Origin: Thelocarpon superellum
Lineage: Eukaryota
Assembly (NCBI GenBank): GCA_026025795.1
Contig: JAPEUG010000057.1
Location: forward strand, 1-64,000
Reading direction: 5' to 3'
Length of the DNA stretch: 64,000 nt
Positions 35,078-47,944 of the stretch are shown in pieces. The stretch's first letter is position 1. Each line of letters begins with the position of its first letter. A program made the position numbers and the translations under genes. Under the pieces are notes generated by a model. The model ran no database searches, was not told the origin of the DNA, and worked only from the letters and a program-made list of their open reading frames with translations.

Positions 35078-38000
35078 GGCTGGTCGATGACGTCGGGGTC
35101 GGGGCCGCGGCGGGTGCGGTGGAGTCGTTAACGATGGGAATGGTGGAGGTGCAACGACGATGACGGTCGTGGGTCGCGATAATGGCTGGACATGCGCTTT
35201 GTCAGGAGAACGGGCGCTTGACCATGGAGGACCGAGGCTCCTTGACGTCCGTCAATGCATGAAAAAAACAATGCCAAGAAAGGGTCGAGATCCGGCTCCG
35301 GAAAGGGAACTACGGCCAGAGGATCAACCTAAAGGCCGCGTCGGGTGAAGAAAACGCTGACGAGACGGACGTGAGAAGGTCACGGTCGTCCGGTGCGAAG
35401 AAGCTGCCCACCGTCGAGGCGTGAAGCTGGAGCAGACACAGACGCCGACGCGGGGACGAGCGGGCGATGCGGCTTCAAAAGAGGGTGAGGGGGGATCGAC
35501 GGTGGCTGTCCGCGGAAACGACAGCGTGGTGGAGCGGGTACAGCGCGACGATCTCGTGAACAGAGGTGCAGCGGGAAGGGGAAGGGAGGAGGTGCAGTAG
35601 TGACGGCGGCGAGAGAGCGGACGAGCGAGCAGCGGCCAGCGGCCAGCGGTTTCAGGTCTGCGTGGCTCCCCACCGTTCGGCGAGGGCGTGTAGCATTTGC
35701 GAGTCGGTACTCCGTAGCTTGCGCGGACCTCACCCGGCCCTTGCACCTCATCTAGCTGGATGAAGGGTTGGGGCCAGGGATGGCCAGGGATGGCCAGGGA
35801 TGCACCAATCGCCGCCCGGGCACGGAAGCGACCAGCAAGGACGAGGGCTAAGTCAACCTAGCCAGGCACAGGTGCGACAGGGGAGGGGCCTGACCGGGCA
35901 CTCGCGGTTGGCTGTGGCACGGCGCCACCGCTGCACGTTGCCCGTAGCCGACGGAGCCTCTAGGGTTTGATGAGCAGGTCGAGTGGGACAATTCCCGTGC
36001 CCACGTCCGCGAACCGTGGTCGAAGTGCACTTCCTCGATAGGCGGGCGATAACAGCAGCCTTCATCTCTGCTCTCGTAACCGTGCGCGTGCGAGAGTGGG
36101 CACCAGTCTGTCACCATGAGACGCTATCGCCATGTTACTAGCGTCGGGCGACGGCCGCAGCACGGCGGCATCGTGCCTTGGTCGCCACGCATATTGCGGG
36201 ATCAGGCTCGGCGGAGGGAATGGGTCGTTCGTCTCAGGAATTACGATCCTTCTAAACATCACCTTCTTTGCACGCCTGGCTCCTCTATGGGTGCGTGCCA
36301 CTGGATGCACCCCGCCTACTACGATTGCCGGCTGATCTTGGCTGCCTATCGAAGTTCGCCATGCACATGACGCAGGCAACGTCACAGCTGCTGGTCTTGG
36401 AGCAGGCTCATCCTCGACCAGATCCTCTTGGGCAGTGGCTCTCAATGGTGGTTTACCGTACCACCCTCGAACGAGTGCACGCCGCGCACACGCAACGTGC
36501 CGAGATCGAATTGTCAACTCCACCACTGGGTGCAGCAAGTACCCAAGCCCACAGCAAAGTTACCCGCTTAGCACCCATCCGTCAACCACCCACGTGCGAA
36601 ACTGTAATCTGAGTGGGTTCGGAGTTCTGAGGGCTTCCCCTGCGTTGGTTTGGACAGGGTCCCTGCTCGTTCGGCTGATTCATCCCCGACACTTCCGTGT
36701 GTCGGAACAAGGTTGTTTGTCTGGAGCCTGCTCCTCCCTCGTCGACCTTCGACGTCACCAACGGGACGACAGACCGACCGCCGTCTTTGCGCCGAGGATC
36801 AGGCATTGACGAGCGATGGATGACGGATGGCTCCGCCACGCGGCCATGACGATGGATAATGCTGCGGAAGGAAGGTGACGCCGGATCCCGCGCAGGTCAT
36901 GGGTCACACGGCCTTCCTTCCGTCCTGCTGGCCAACAATGAAGAGCGCCCGGTCCGGCTCTGCTCCCACAATCGCTGGCGCACTCTATGATGGTCTACGT
37001 GTATCCTCTGTAGGGTTGGATAATATGCATGTTTATAATATGCAGAGGCATGCAGAGGCATGCATGGTCCTCAATGTCATCCCGCCCTGGCCGGGCTTGA
37101 TCGGGTCGAAGGTGACAAGCGAAGGGTGTTGTTTCGAGTTTGGCCGCAACTAGCGGCACGTCTGAGACGTGCGGCATGCTCGCTGCTTCTAGGCCGACCT
37201 CTGCTTCTTCGCGACGGCTCATGTCTTCCTTCATCCCTTCCGTGCCGTAGATGTCAAGGCCGTCTCTGGATCAAACGGACGGCACTCCTCTGGAAAATCA
37301 ACGAGGACATGGGACACACCTTAGCTTGTTGCAATCGGCTCCAGACTGTGTCGGAACATGATCGACGCTCCTATCCCCCAGTTCAACCTCCTTCTTTCTC
37401 GCCTGCCATCGTCTGGGCACCGGTGGAGTTAATGGGAGGAGGGCAGACGTCTTGGATGCAATGAAAAGCTGCCCGTTTGATTCGCAGTAGACCTGGCACG
37501 AATGATCCGACGGTGTCAGGGTCGGTGATGAGGTCCCCGATGTGATCTTCTCACCTCCGGAGATGGTGGCCAAGCTCCGCCTGGATGACTTTCGAATCCC
37601 TGGGCCTTCAGAGCACTCAAGTGCTGCTAATCCCGTCACGTTTTCGTCGTCTAAAGGAGTTGCTCTTCACCATGGGCTGACCTGGCTAGAAGCTCCTTCA
37701 GATGGGTGCCGGCGCGGGTCTGGTCAGATCCCCCCCCCCCGCGGGCCCCTTTGGTGAGAAAAGGAAAGCGTATGTCGCGAGATGCAACGACCATCTTGAG
37801 ACTACAATGACCCGTGGAAGAAGCTGGCTATGCTGCAGATGAACAGACAGCTTCACAACGAGAGGTCACGGGTCTATGTACCTTCTGGGCCCCAGATTGT
37901 CCACCCGCGTTACTCGACTTGGCACATGACAGGCACAGTGAATGAGGGCCTTCTGGTTCGTTAACAAGATAGACTGGGCCACTTTCTACCGCACGGATAC

Positions 38001-38507
38001 GAAAAATCTCAGTTGCATGGGGCACCTCTTCTGGTGCAAAGAATACCCGCACTTCAACAGAAGAGTCGGGTGTGCGCAGACCAGTTCCGACCGGTTGTTA
38101 CTTTTGGTCGGGATCCCGTACGCGAAACCAAGTAGGCAGCAAGACGTCGCGGGGTGGATGAGGCGATTGGCGTAATTGCGGGCACAATGGGAAACGTCGA
38201 GGCATATGCGTCCAGTGGGTCAACACATGCATGTCCTGGTCGAGTTGAACCTCGAGCGCCGTTGCCTGGTCGAATCTTTACCAGTAGATGTTCCGGTCAA
38301 TCGTGCAGAACTGGACGCTCGCCAGGTGCTATTAAGCATCTGCACTTCAGATGAAATGAAAGCAAAGTAAACACCAGTAGCGGGGCAAGCGTTCGGATCG
38401 ACCCCACACGCAGCAAGCTTCATTTTCCGGCACCAGACCCTGAACAGAGTAAAGGACTCCCGCTAAAGCTGGTCCGACCCTTCCATTACGTCTTGTGAGC
38501 CGACAAC

Positions 38508-40550
38508 ATGTCGATCGTGGCAGGTATGAAGCCGCGGCGCCATGTAGAATTGTGGGTCTGACTTGCTCTAGATGGCCTGTGGGCTGCCTCGCCTTCCACC
38601 ACCCGGGGTCAGCCGACGCCGCTGTCGAGCGATGCCAAAGGAGAGAGGATTGCCTATGCCGCACGTGTCCCCGTCGAGCACATCGCCTAAACGCGTGACT
38701 GACCTCTTGGGTGCAGTCGCACAAGTCCATCTTTCTCCGGTCCATCGACACTCCGGCGCTGAGCACGCAGTACACGGGGCACACAGTGCAGACGAGCGTA
38801 GCACGCTTCGCCCCGTCGGGATATTACGTCGCCAGCGGCGATGTATCTGGAACTGTCCGCGTCTGGGACTGTGTGGGTCAAGGCGCCACGAAAGGTCGCA
38901 CACCCTCCTCCACCTGCCGCGCTGGTACGCAGGACTTGGTGCTGACGCCCGCGGCTCCTCGGCGCAGGCGAGTATCATATCATCTCCGGACGCATCAACG
39001 ATCTGGCGTGGGATGGCGATTCGCAACGGATCATCGCCGTCGGCGACGGCAAGGAGCGCTTCGGGCACTGCATCACGGCTGATAGCGGCAATTCGGTGGG
39101 CGAGATCTCGGGCCACAGCTCGCAGATCAACGCGGTGTCGGTGCGTCCGCAACGACCGCTGCGGGCGGCGACGGGGAGCGATGATACGAGCATGGTCTTT
39201 TACCACGGTGCCCCCTTTAAGTTCAACACCAGCCTCCGGGGGCAGCACAGCAACTTCATCTACGGCGTCGCCTTCAGCCCGGATGGGAGCCGGGTGGTCA
39301 GCGTAGGCGCCGACCGAAAGATCAATCTCTACGATGGCAAGACGGGGGAGGCGAGCGGGCCGGTTGGCGCTGGCGTGCACCAGGGCAGCGTCTTTGCCGT
39401 CTCGTGGGCCGCGGACTCGAAGCAATTCGCGACGGCGAGTGCGGACCAGACGGTCAAGGTCTGGGATGTGGTCAACGGCAAGGTGGTGCGGGACTGGCGC
39501 CTGGGTGATGACTCGGTCGTCAGCGTGCCCGATCATCAAGTCGGCGTGGTGTGGCCGGCGGGGCGGACGGATGGGCTGATCATCAGCCTGAGCTTGAATG
39601 GGGATCTGAACTATCTCGAAGCGCGGAGCCCGCGGCCGGTCAAGATCGTGCAAGGACATCAGAAGAGTATCACGGCCGCGATGGTGCATGAGCAAGGCAC
39701 CGCGGCCTCACGGACGCTGTGGACCGGCAGTTATGACGGGCGTGTTTGCGGATGGGATCTGGCCCAGGCGTCGGGCGGGAGGGTGGATGGACAAAGCCAC
39801 ACGAACCATGTGGCGGCCTTCACCGCCACGCCCGATGGCGCAGGCCGTATTTACAGCACCGGCTGGGATGACACGATTCGCTCCATCGACCCGGCCACCG
39901 GGACCTTTACAGGCACCGTCACCAAGACCGACGGCCAGCCCAAGGCCCTGACGAGTAGCGTGGGGTCGATGGTGGTGGCGGCGACCAGCAACGGCGTCGA
40001 GATCTACCGGGAAGGCGTGGAAAAAGTGGGCGGGATCACGACCACTTTTACCCCGACCGCGATCGCGGCGAGTCAAGGGGTCGATGGCGGAACGGTCGTA
40101 GCAGTGGGCGCGGATGACCACCGCGTCCGCATCTACGCGCTCTCGTCCGACGCAACGCGCTTGGAGCTCCAGCGGGAGCTGACGAATGCGACGGCGGCCA
40201 TCACCGCGCTCGCTTTCTCGCCCACCCAGAAACATCTCGCGGCGGGCACGTCGGCCGGCAAGATCATTGTCTTCCACGTGGGCGAGTACACCGTGGCGAC
40301 GGACCGCTGGTCGGCGCACACCGCCCGCGTCACCTGCCTGGCCTGGGACGAGCAAGGTCGATCTGCGGCCAGCGGAGGCTTGGACACGCACGTCTTCGTC
40401 TGGAGTCTGGCCAGCCCCGGGAAGCGATACCAGGCGGCGAATGCGCACAAGGACGGGGTCACGGGAGTGGGCTGGGTCGAAAGTGAGAAGAAGATTGTCA
40501 GCGCGGGAGCGGATGCGGCGATCAAGGTGTGGAAGGTGGAGGGTCTATGA
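38508..40550 (+). CDS. AIP1: Actin-interacting protein 1 (WD40 repeat protein)
   Basis: PSTTRGQP, VARFAPSGYYVASGDVSGTVRVWD, INDLAWDGDSQRIIAVGDGKERFG, RPLRAATGSDD, HGAPFKF; three introns, one of them GC-AG. Confidence 0.95.
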
Positions 40551-40699
40551 GGGTTGGCGAGTAGCGCCGCCAGTTAGGACGCCTTGTGGCGATGCGAGGT
40601 GATGCACCCCGCCATCACTACTGCAGCGGCTTGTGGATGCCGCATGTCGCTGCATGTGGGGAAATGGCCGGCGCGAGGATCGCGGCACGGTCCGCGTCT

Positions 40700-40717
40700 G
40701 TCGCTGTCGCCGTCGCT

Positions 40718-40758
<41 letters not shown>
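40700..40758. repeat. (GTCGCY)n hexanucleotide microsatellite
   Basis: About ten tandem units in the intergenic region after AIP1. Confidence 0.9.
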
Positions 40759-40969
40759 ATTCGCAACCGCGTCCGGCTTCGAGAGCTCTTTTGTCCACCA
40801 CCGACCCATGTCCTTGTTCCGTAGCTTGTGTAGCTTGTGACAATCATGCCGTGCAACCCGACGATCCCCTCAGTTGACCACCCTCCCATCTCCTGCCCGT
40901 CGGAGGCGATGAGGGTCAGACAACTTCTTTGAGGCTCTTTGAAGCTCTGTAAAGCTCTTTGGGAACAAG

Positions 40970-43900
40970 ATGAGTCGCCCGCCGCCCTTGACGGACTCGG
41001 CCTCATTGAGCTCGTCCAGCTCCCGACCGCGTTCCATGGTGGGTCTACAACCTATCGTCGGCCGTATCTGATGTGACCCTGCACCAGCTAATCGTCCACC
41101 GACCCAGCTCCGAACGGCCACCTGGATCCTCCCACGCACCGGCGAGCACATCAGGCGTTCCATCACCCTTCGCAGCAATCGGATCGGTCGCTATTTGAAC
41201 GGAAGTGTCGGAGGTCTGGAGCGCTCCCGCCGCTTACCCTCGCAAGACCGACAGCCCGCATGGAAGGATGGGTGGTCGACCATGGTGAGCCTGGGGCAAG
41301 ATGCCGCGCACCAAGTCCGGACTGCCGTGACGTCCCGGACGGGCCAAGGGGTCCTCAAGTGCAGCCTGGGCTACCTCCTCGGCAGCATGGCCACCTTTGT
41401 GACCCCAATCTCCGCGCTGTTGGGCAACCAGGATGGCAAGCATATGTGCGCGATGCCTCCCTTCCTCTTCGCCCCGTCTGCTCCCTCATTGACGACCGGT
41501 CCCGCAGCGTGGCCACGGTGACCGTGTACTTCCACAGCGCGCGCTCTCTCGGCAGCATGTTCGAGGCAACGCTGCTCGCCACTCTCGCCGTCCTCTACGC
41601 CGTCTTGATCTCCGTCGCCAGCATGAGCGTGGCCGTCGGCTGTCGCTCCGTGGGGCTTCAGGTCCTCGGCCTGGCCATCGTCGTCGTTCTCTTCTGCGGC
41701 GGCGGCTTGGGCTTCGTTGGCTGGCTCAAACAACGCTTGAGCAACCCGCTGGTCAACGTGGCCTGTTCCTTGACCTCGCTGGCCATCATCACCGTCTTGA
41801 CCAAGGAAGGCGCCGTGCAGGCTTATCGCTTCTCCGCCCAAAAGATCACGCAAGTTATTGAGATGGTCCTCATGGGGATGTTTGCCACGGCCGTTGTCTG
41901 CGTCGGCGTACGACCCATCTCCGCCCGCCATGAGCTTCGGTAGGTCACCTTCACGCCATGTCGTCGGAAACAGCCTGACCTTCACCAGCGAAGCCATGAT
42001 CCGAACCACCGATGCTCTTGGCGAGATGCTGGCCACCATCACCCGAAGCTTCTTGGAGGGACGTGAGGAGGAGATGCAGGATCCGGCCTTCAAGCAAGCC
42101 TCACAACATTACCGCGCCGTGCTCTCCTCCCTGACCAAGCACCTCCGCGAGGCCAAGTACGAGCACTTCTTTTTCGGCACGGAACGCGAATATCACGTCG
42201 AGGCGAAGCTGGTCGAGTGTATGCAGTCGCTCGCCCAGAGTACGGGCGGCTTGCGGAGTGCTGCCGCGACACAGGTGAGCCGCGGCACAGGTGTTGTCGA
42301 TGGACCTGCTGACTGTGTCATGTAGTTTACCCTCCTCGCCCAATCGACCGCCGACCACGGCCAGACGATGGCGTCCAGCGTCGCCTCGAGTGCGCTGGTG
42401 ACGCCTCGGCTCTCGTCGGACCAGCTCGGGATGCTGACGGCCATCGAAGAGGCGCCAGAAGAAGGGCATGAGGAGCTACCCACGTCCCTCACGCGGGCCG
42501 ACGGACGGTCTGCGATGTCGACGGCGGCCGACGTCTTCGCCACGTTTATCGAATGGCAGGGACCCTCGATGGTGAGCGTGTCTTGGGATCCCGTCACTTG
42601 CCGCGAGACGTGCGCGACTGACCGGGACGGTACTGTAGAAATCGCTGGCCTACACGATGAAACAGATTCTCGACGAGCTTCCCTTTGGCCCCGGTCCACG
42701 ATACGAGATCGCCGTCAATGCACACTTTCGGTCGAGTCTCGTCGACGCCCTCGATCTCTACAGTCACGCCCGCGCCGAGGCGCTCCGACGACTGTACCAG
42801 GAGCGGGGCCACGATCGGGCCCGCACCACCAGCGTCGCGGCCGATCATGAGGAGAGTCCGTCCTCGTCTTGCCCCTCAATCATGATGTCTTCGCTGATCT
42901 GACATGCTAGTCGCGGCCTCGTGTGGACATTTCTCGTTCTCCTTGCAGGACTTTGCCGAGGCCATGAAGACATATCTGGACACGCTGGAGGAGCTCAAAG
43001 ATGAAGTAGCACATGCGTCAGATCGACGCTCCTGGAATTGGCTGTTTCGGTGGCGCCGGTCGACGTGGGAAGCCGGCAAACGGAATGGCCACGGCGATGG
43101 TGTGTCAACTTGATTGTCGTCTCTCGGACGAGGCTAATGGAACCAGATCAAGAGGATCTGATCGACCTCCATGACAGCCATCACTCCCAACAGGATGATC
43201 CGACGGCGCATACTCGTGACACGCGTGCCAGTACGTCGCAGTGCAATCAGGTGTCTCTCTCGCACCCCTTTCGGTATCGAATCTGGAAGTTTCTGGAATT
43301 CCTCCGCCGAGACGATATCCGATTCGCGGTCAAAGTTGGTGCTGGCGCCGCATTGTGGGCACTCCCATCGTTCATTCCCTCCACCCGACCCTTTTACTCC
43401 CGCTGGAGAGGCGAATGGGGCCTTTTATCGTATATGCTGGTGTGCTCCATGACTGTTGGCGCCTCCAATACGACGGGCGTGGCGAGATTTCTGGGAACGA
43501 GTCTCGGCGCGATCGGGGCTATCGTCGCGTGGAATGTGTCTCCCGGTAACCCGTATGGTCTCGCCGTGTTGGGCTGGCTCATGTCGCTCTTTTGCTTTTA
43601 CGTCATCGTGGCATTGGGCCGAGGGCCGATGGGACGATTCATCTTGTTGACATACAACTTGTCGGCGCGTGAGTGGCGCGGCGTCTTCGACCACATGGCG
43701 GCTGACCGTGACAGTATACGCATACTCGCTCTCCGTGCGAGACGGAGAGGGTGACGACGACGAGGGGGGGGCGAGCCCGGACATTAACGAGATTGCCGGT
43801 ATGAATGCCTCCCGACGACGAACGTCACGCGCTCAGTTCCAGACAGTACATCGAGTCGTTGCGGTTTTGTCGGGGTGTTTATGGGGACTCTTCATCACTC

Positions 43901-44832
43901 GGGTCATGTACGTGGGCGCTACGTGTCTTGCCGTGTCGCGCATTCAGACGGCGATCTAACGGACTACAGATGGCCCATCAGTGCCCGTCGAGGGTTGAAG
44001 GACGGACTGAGTGTCTTGTGGCTGAGGATGGGGTTGATTGCCAAAATCGATCCGTTTGTGACCGTCATCCAGTCCGTACCCCTCTTCTCACCGCTTTCCG
44101 CTCGCCTTTCACCATTTGATTGACGAGTTGCAGAGGAGACTCGGCCGCCATTCGGCGAAGTTTAGAGGAGGAAGCCCGCATGCGGCGCTGTCTCTACCAC
44201 CTCGGGCAGCTGCGGACCGCGGCGGCGTCGGAGTTTGAACTTCGTGCGTCTTTTCCGGAAACGGTGTTCAACCGCATCCTCGAGAGCACGCGGAAGATGC
44301 TCGACGCCTTTCATGCGATGAATGTGGTGATACAGAAAGATCTGACGGCGTCCGCGGGAGAGAAGCGGTTGTTGATGTACACGATGGATGAGCGAGCACG
44401 ACTGTGCATCGTACGTGTTTGGTCCCATGTCAGGCGATATCTATTGACGGTGTGCGTAGCGACTCAGTCATCTGTTTCAAGGTAGCCTCCTCTCCATGTC
44501 GACATCATCGACCCCTGCTCACGAAGATAGTGCTGGCATCGTCGATGAAGCTCGAATATCCATTGAGCGACGCCCTTCCAAACACGGAGCACGCGCGTGA
44601 TCGACTCCTGGCTAAGATCTCGGATTATCGTGCCGGGGCGGCGACGGCGCCAGACGAGGACTTTGCCCTGCTCTACGTTTACGGTGAGTGCGCTTTGGAG
44701 GAGGGGAGGTCGTCTTGCTGAGGTGAGGTAGCATTGGTCACGGGACAGTTGGCGGAAGAGATCTTCAAGGTGGCGAGGGAGATTGAAGGTCTGTTTGGCA
44801 TGGTGGATGAAGATGCGCTCAAGTTGGAGTAG
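40970..44832 (+). CDS. FUSC/ArAE-family (aromatic acid exporter-like) multi-pass membrane protein with many introns
   Basis: GVLKCSLGYLLGS, VATVTVYFHSARSLGSM, REAKYEH, IRFAVKVGAGA, WRGEWGLLSY, RFLGT, VLASSMKLEYPL. Phase-consistent GT-AG introns; the 5' end is approximate. Confidence 0.88.
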
Positions 44833-45766
44833 GGCTCGGAGTCAGGACAATAGTACGGGTAGGCAGTAGGGTGACGGGCTAGGGATCGAGCATTCACTAA
44901 TGTACAATGTCCAACGTTTGAGTTCTTTCTTCGACACCCATCGCAATGAATGGTGCACCTTCAGAAAGGGTTGCAACTTCTCGTGCCTAGAGGCGCCCCG
45001 TGCTGCTTTCGATGTCGATGCTGACATAATAGGGAGTATCCCAGACTCCTCGTACCTGTTCAGTAACCAGGGAGCCCTCGATAACACTTTGCATGTCGAT
45101 CTGACACTTCGTACAATTGTTGCGAGGAACTTTATGGAGTACTCCCGGTCACCCACTCGGCGAACAGGGATTCCTCTAGGAGTTGTGCTCATGTGTTGGT
45201 GACAGCCACGACCCCGGCCTCGGGGTGCGCCCAACAGTTTCCGTCGGCGGTAAGGCGTACGGGGCGGGAAGAGTCGAGCACTCACTGATGTCCAACGTCC
45301 AATGTCAATATCAATTCCCTCGACTGTCACATCTTGGGGATCCAACCGGATTAGATTAGTTAACTATCTTCTATGGTAGAAGGATATGATGCACGTGTCA
45401 CCGCAGCCTCATTGCGAAATCGAGTGAAGAGAACGATGGTAGGTGGGGACAATAGCCAACGTTTCCTTCGGACAATGAAGACAGTTGATCGTCCATGTCG
45501 CCTGTTCCGTCGCCGCGTGTGATGCGTCCGGCGGCCGAACCCGCCAAAGCGAGAAGCTTCAACGTCGGCCACTTCTGCCCCCCCGACACGGCCAAATCCA
45601 TCGACGCGACCAGCCATCATCATTCATCCATCATCATCATCATCATCATCTCCACCTCATCCACCCGTCCGTCGCCTCTGTCGGCGCTCGCAGGATCGGC
45701 ACTGTGAATCGTGCCCGAGCAATGTCATAACCCGTCGCTGATCCGCACCCGGGCATCGCGTCCACC

Positions 45767-47516
45767 ATGCCGGACATCGATCCGGCCGCCCTGAGCCGGA
45801 CGGGCTCGGGGCCGCAGCCATCGACGACGCCGCTGCCGCCGCTCAAATCCCTCTCGACGTCGACGCCGGCGTCGCAGAAAGCCAGCAAGACCATTTCCAT
45901 GGGCCAGCGCATCGACCTGGAGCCCCTGTACACGGCGCTCAAGGCGGCCATCGCCGAACACTGGGTGGGATATAAAGAGGCCATCAGTCTTTTTGCGCTG
46001 GGTAGGTGCTGCGGCGCATGGCAGACGCAGGGATCCAGCTCACGGCGATAGGCCACCTCAACCAAGCGGAGCTCTCCTCGCGCATCGACTACTACATCAC
46101 GGCGGACCCGGCGACGGAACATCTACATAATCAACTGATCTCGGCCATCTACGGCAATGTCACGCGCGATCTACCGGACCATGGCGTGGCGGGATGGGTC
46201 AGCGCCAATGACAAGCCGACGACGGTGTCGAAGCCCGTGTCGGGCGATGCGGCCGAGCAACGATTGAAGACGGAGGCGATGCAATTACCGGCGCGCGATC
46301 GACGGCGCATCAAGGACATTCCCGAGGTGAGCGACCCAGACGAGCGAGAGGATGTGAGTTGACGGACGATGGTAGACGGGCGATGCCCACGACATGTACT
46401 CGGGCATGTTGAACGAGTATCACCACGCGAAGCAGATCAAGCAACCCGACATGGTGCCGACGAGTGCCGGCGGACACAACAAGACCAGTAGGCATCCTTC
46501 CACGCGAGATGGATTCGTTCGCGGTGAATTTCTCCTGACGATGAACAGACTGGGACCTGGAGATCCGCAGACGATACTCGCAAGCGCTGGCCTGTGAAAC
46601 GGGAGAATTCCCAGACACGGAGAGCATCCAGGGGCGCATGGAGCCCATGTGCTACGAAGAAGGCATCATGAACGGTGCCAGCGACGGCGCGGCGGCCTTT
46701 ATGAATGTGGCGACGGAGACGTTTGTCAAGGAGGTGCTCTCGGGCATCTTGGCCCGCACGCGCAGCAACGGCGCCAACTACATCATGACGTCGACGTACA
46801 AGCGGCAACTGGAGCGCGAAGAAGCCGGCTGGCTGCGCGGCACGGTGCAGAAGAACGCCAACTCGCTCTTACCCGTGGAAGCGACGGCCGCGAGCCAACG
46901 CGGGCCCTTGGGCATGAATGATTTCCGCCTGTCGCTGGAAATGGGCGACATGTACCTCGGCCACATGCCTCTCGCGTTGGAGAAGATCATGGGCGGGTAC
47001 GTGGAGGGCGAGTTGCAGCATCAACGAGATCAGGCCGACGGGCTGACGGGGACGGAGATGGATCTGGATCTGGATCTGGATGTGGACGGGGAGGCGCCCG
47101 CGGCGGTGGTCAATGGCACGGCGACGGCCACCCCTAACGGCACGACGACCTCCCCGACGACCTCCACGACGACGACCAAACCCTCGCCCCTCAAAGCTAG
47201 TAGTCCTGCGTCAGGACCGGCAGTGACGACGTCCGCAAAGACGCCTCTCCTCGCTCCTGCGTCCACGTTAACACCAACATCAGCCTCCAAAGCGACCTCG
47301 GGCAGAGCAGCCTCAGCCTCGGCCCCGGCATCTGTATCTGCATCTGCATCTGCATCAGGGCCCGGCACAGGAACAGCAGGAGGCACACTGATACTCAGCA
47401 CAACGCCGCTACTAGGTCACGACGTGGAAGATTCCGACTGGGGATGGGAAGGCGGAGGGCTGGGCGACCGTGACATGCTGGGTGGGCTGCTCGACGACTG
47501 TCTGTCCGTCGGATGA
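45767..47516 (+). CDS. HFI1: SAGA complex subunit Hfi1/Ada1
   Basis: [70 protein letters not shown]; three introns. Confidence 0.9.
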
Positions 47517-47944
47517 CCTCGTTCTCTCGTTCTTTCTGCCTCGCTTCACATGGCCTATCTCTGGCCTTGGGCCTTTTTGGTGCTCGTAGGGGACGAGTCC
47601 GGTGGTTCTGATACCCTCTTCCCATACTTTGTCCTTTCTTCGGCCTTGTTTGATCCCACGTGGCGTTGTTCGGCAAAGGGGAGGGTTGGGATTCCTTGGA
47701 TGAAATGAAGGGGCGGATGGAGTCACGGAAGTACAGGCGTCATGGGCTGCTCTACGCTGCGGCTACGGCTACAAGAGAGGAAAATGGATGGATCCGGGAA
47801 TCGATGGATCGATGGTTCAATGGGAGGCGAGGAGGGAGGATAATGGATTGATGGATGTACACTACAATACACTACAATACACTACCGCCAGACCACCGCA
47901 AAAAGCCAGTCACGTCACACAAGCCACTGCATCAAATCCATCCA

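Noticed and set aside
37942..38370. Two same-frame ORFs separated by one TAA, a possible pseudogene or readthrough
   Set aside because: No recognisable motif, further stops immediately upstream, and it lies in the AIP1 promoter region.
40545..41006. ORFs with poly-Arg, (VA)n, (AT)n, (DG)n and (SP)n runs
   Set aside because: All are frames of the intergenic GTCGCC microsatellite.
44842..45345. 167-codon minus-strand ORF in a lower-GC spacer
   Set aside because: Starts at a non-ATG codon and shows no domain or convincing splice structure.
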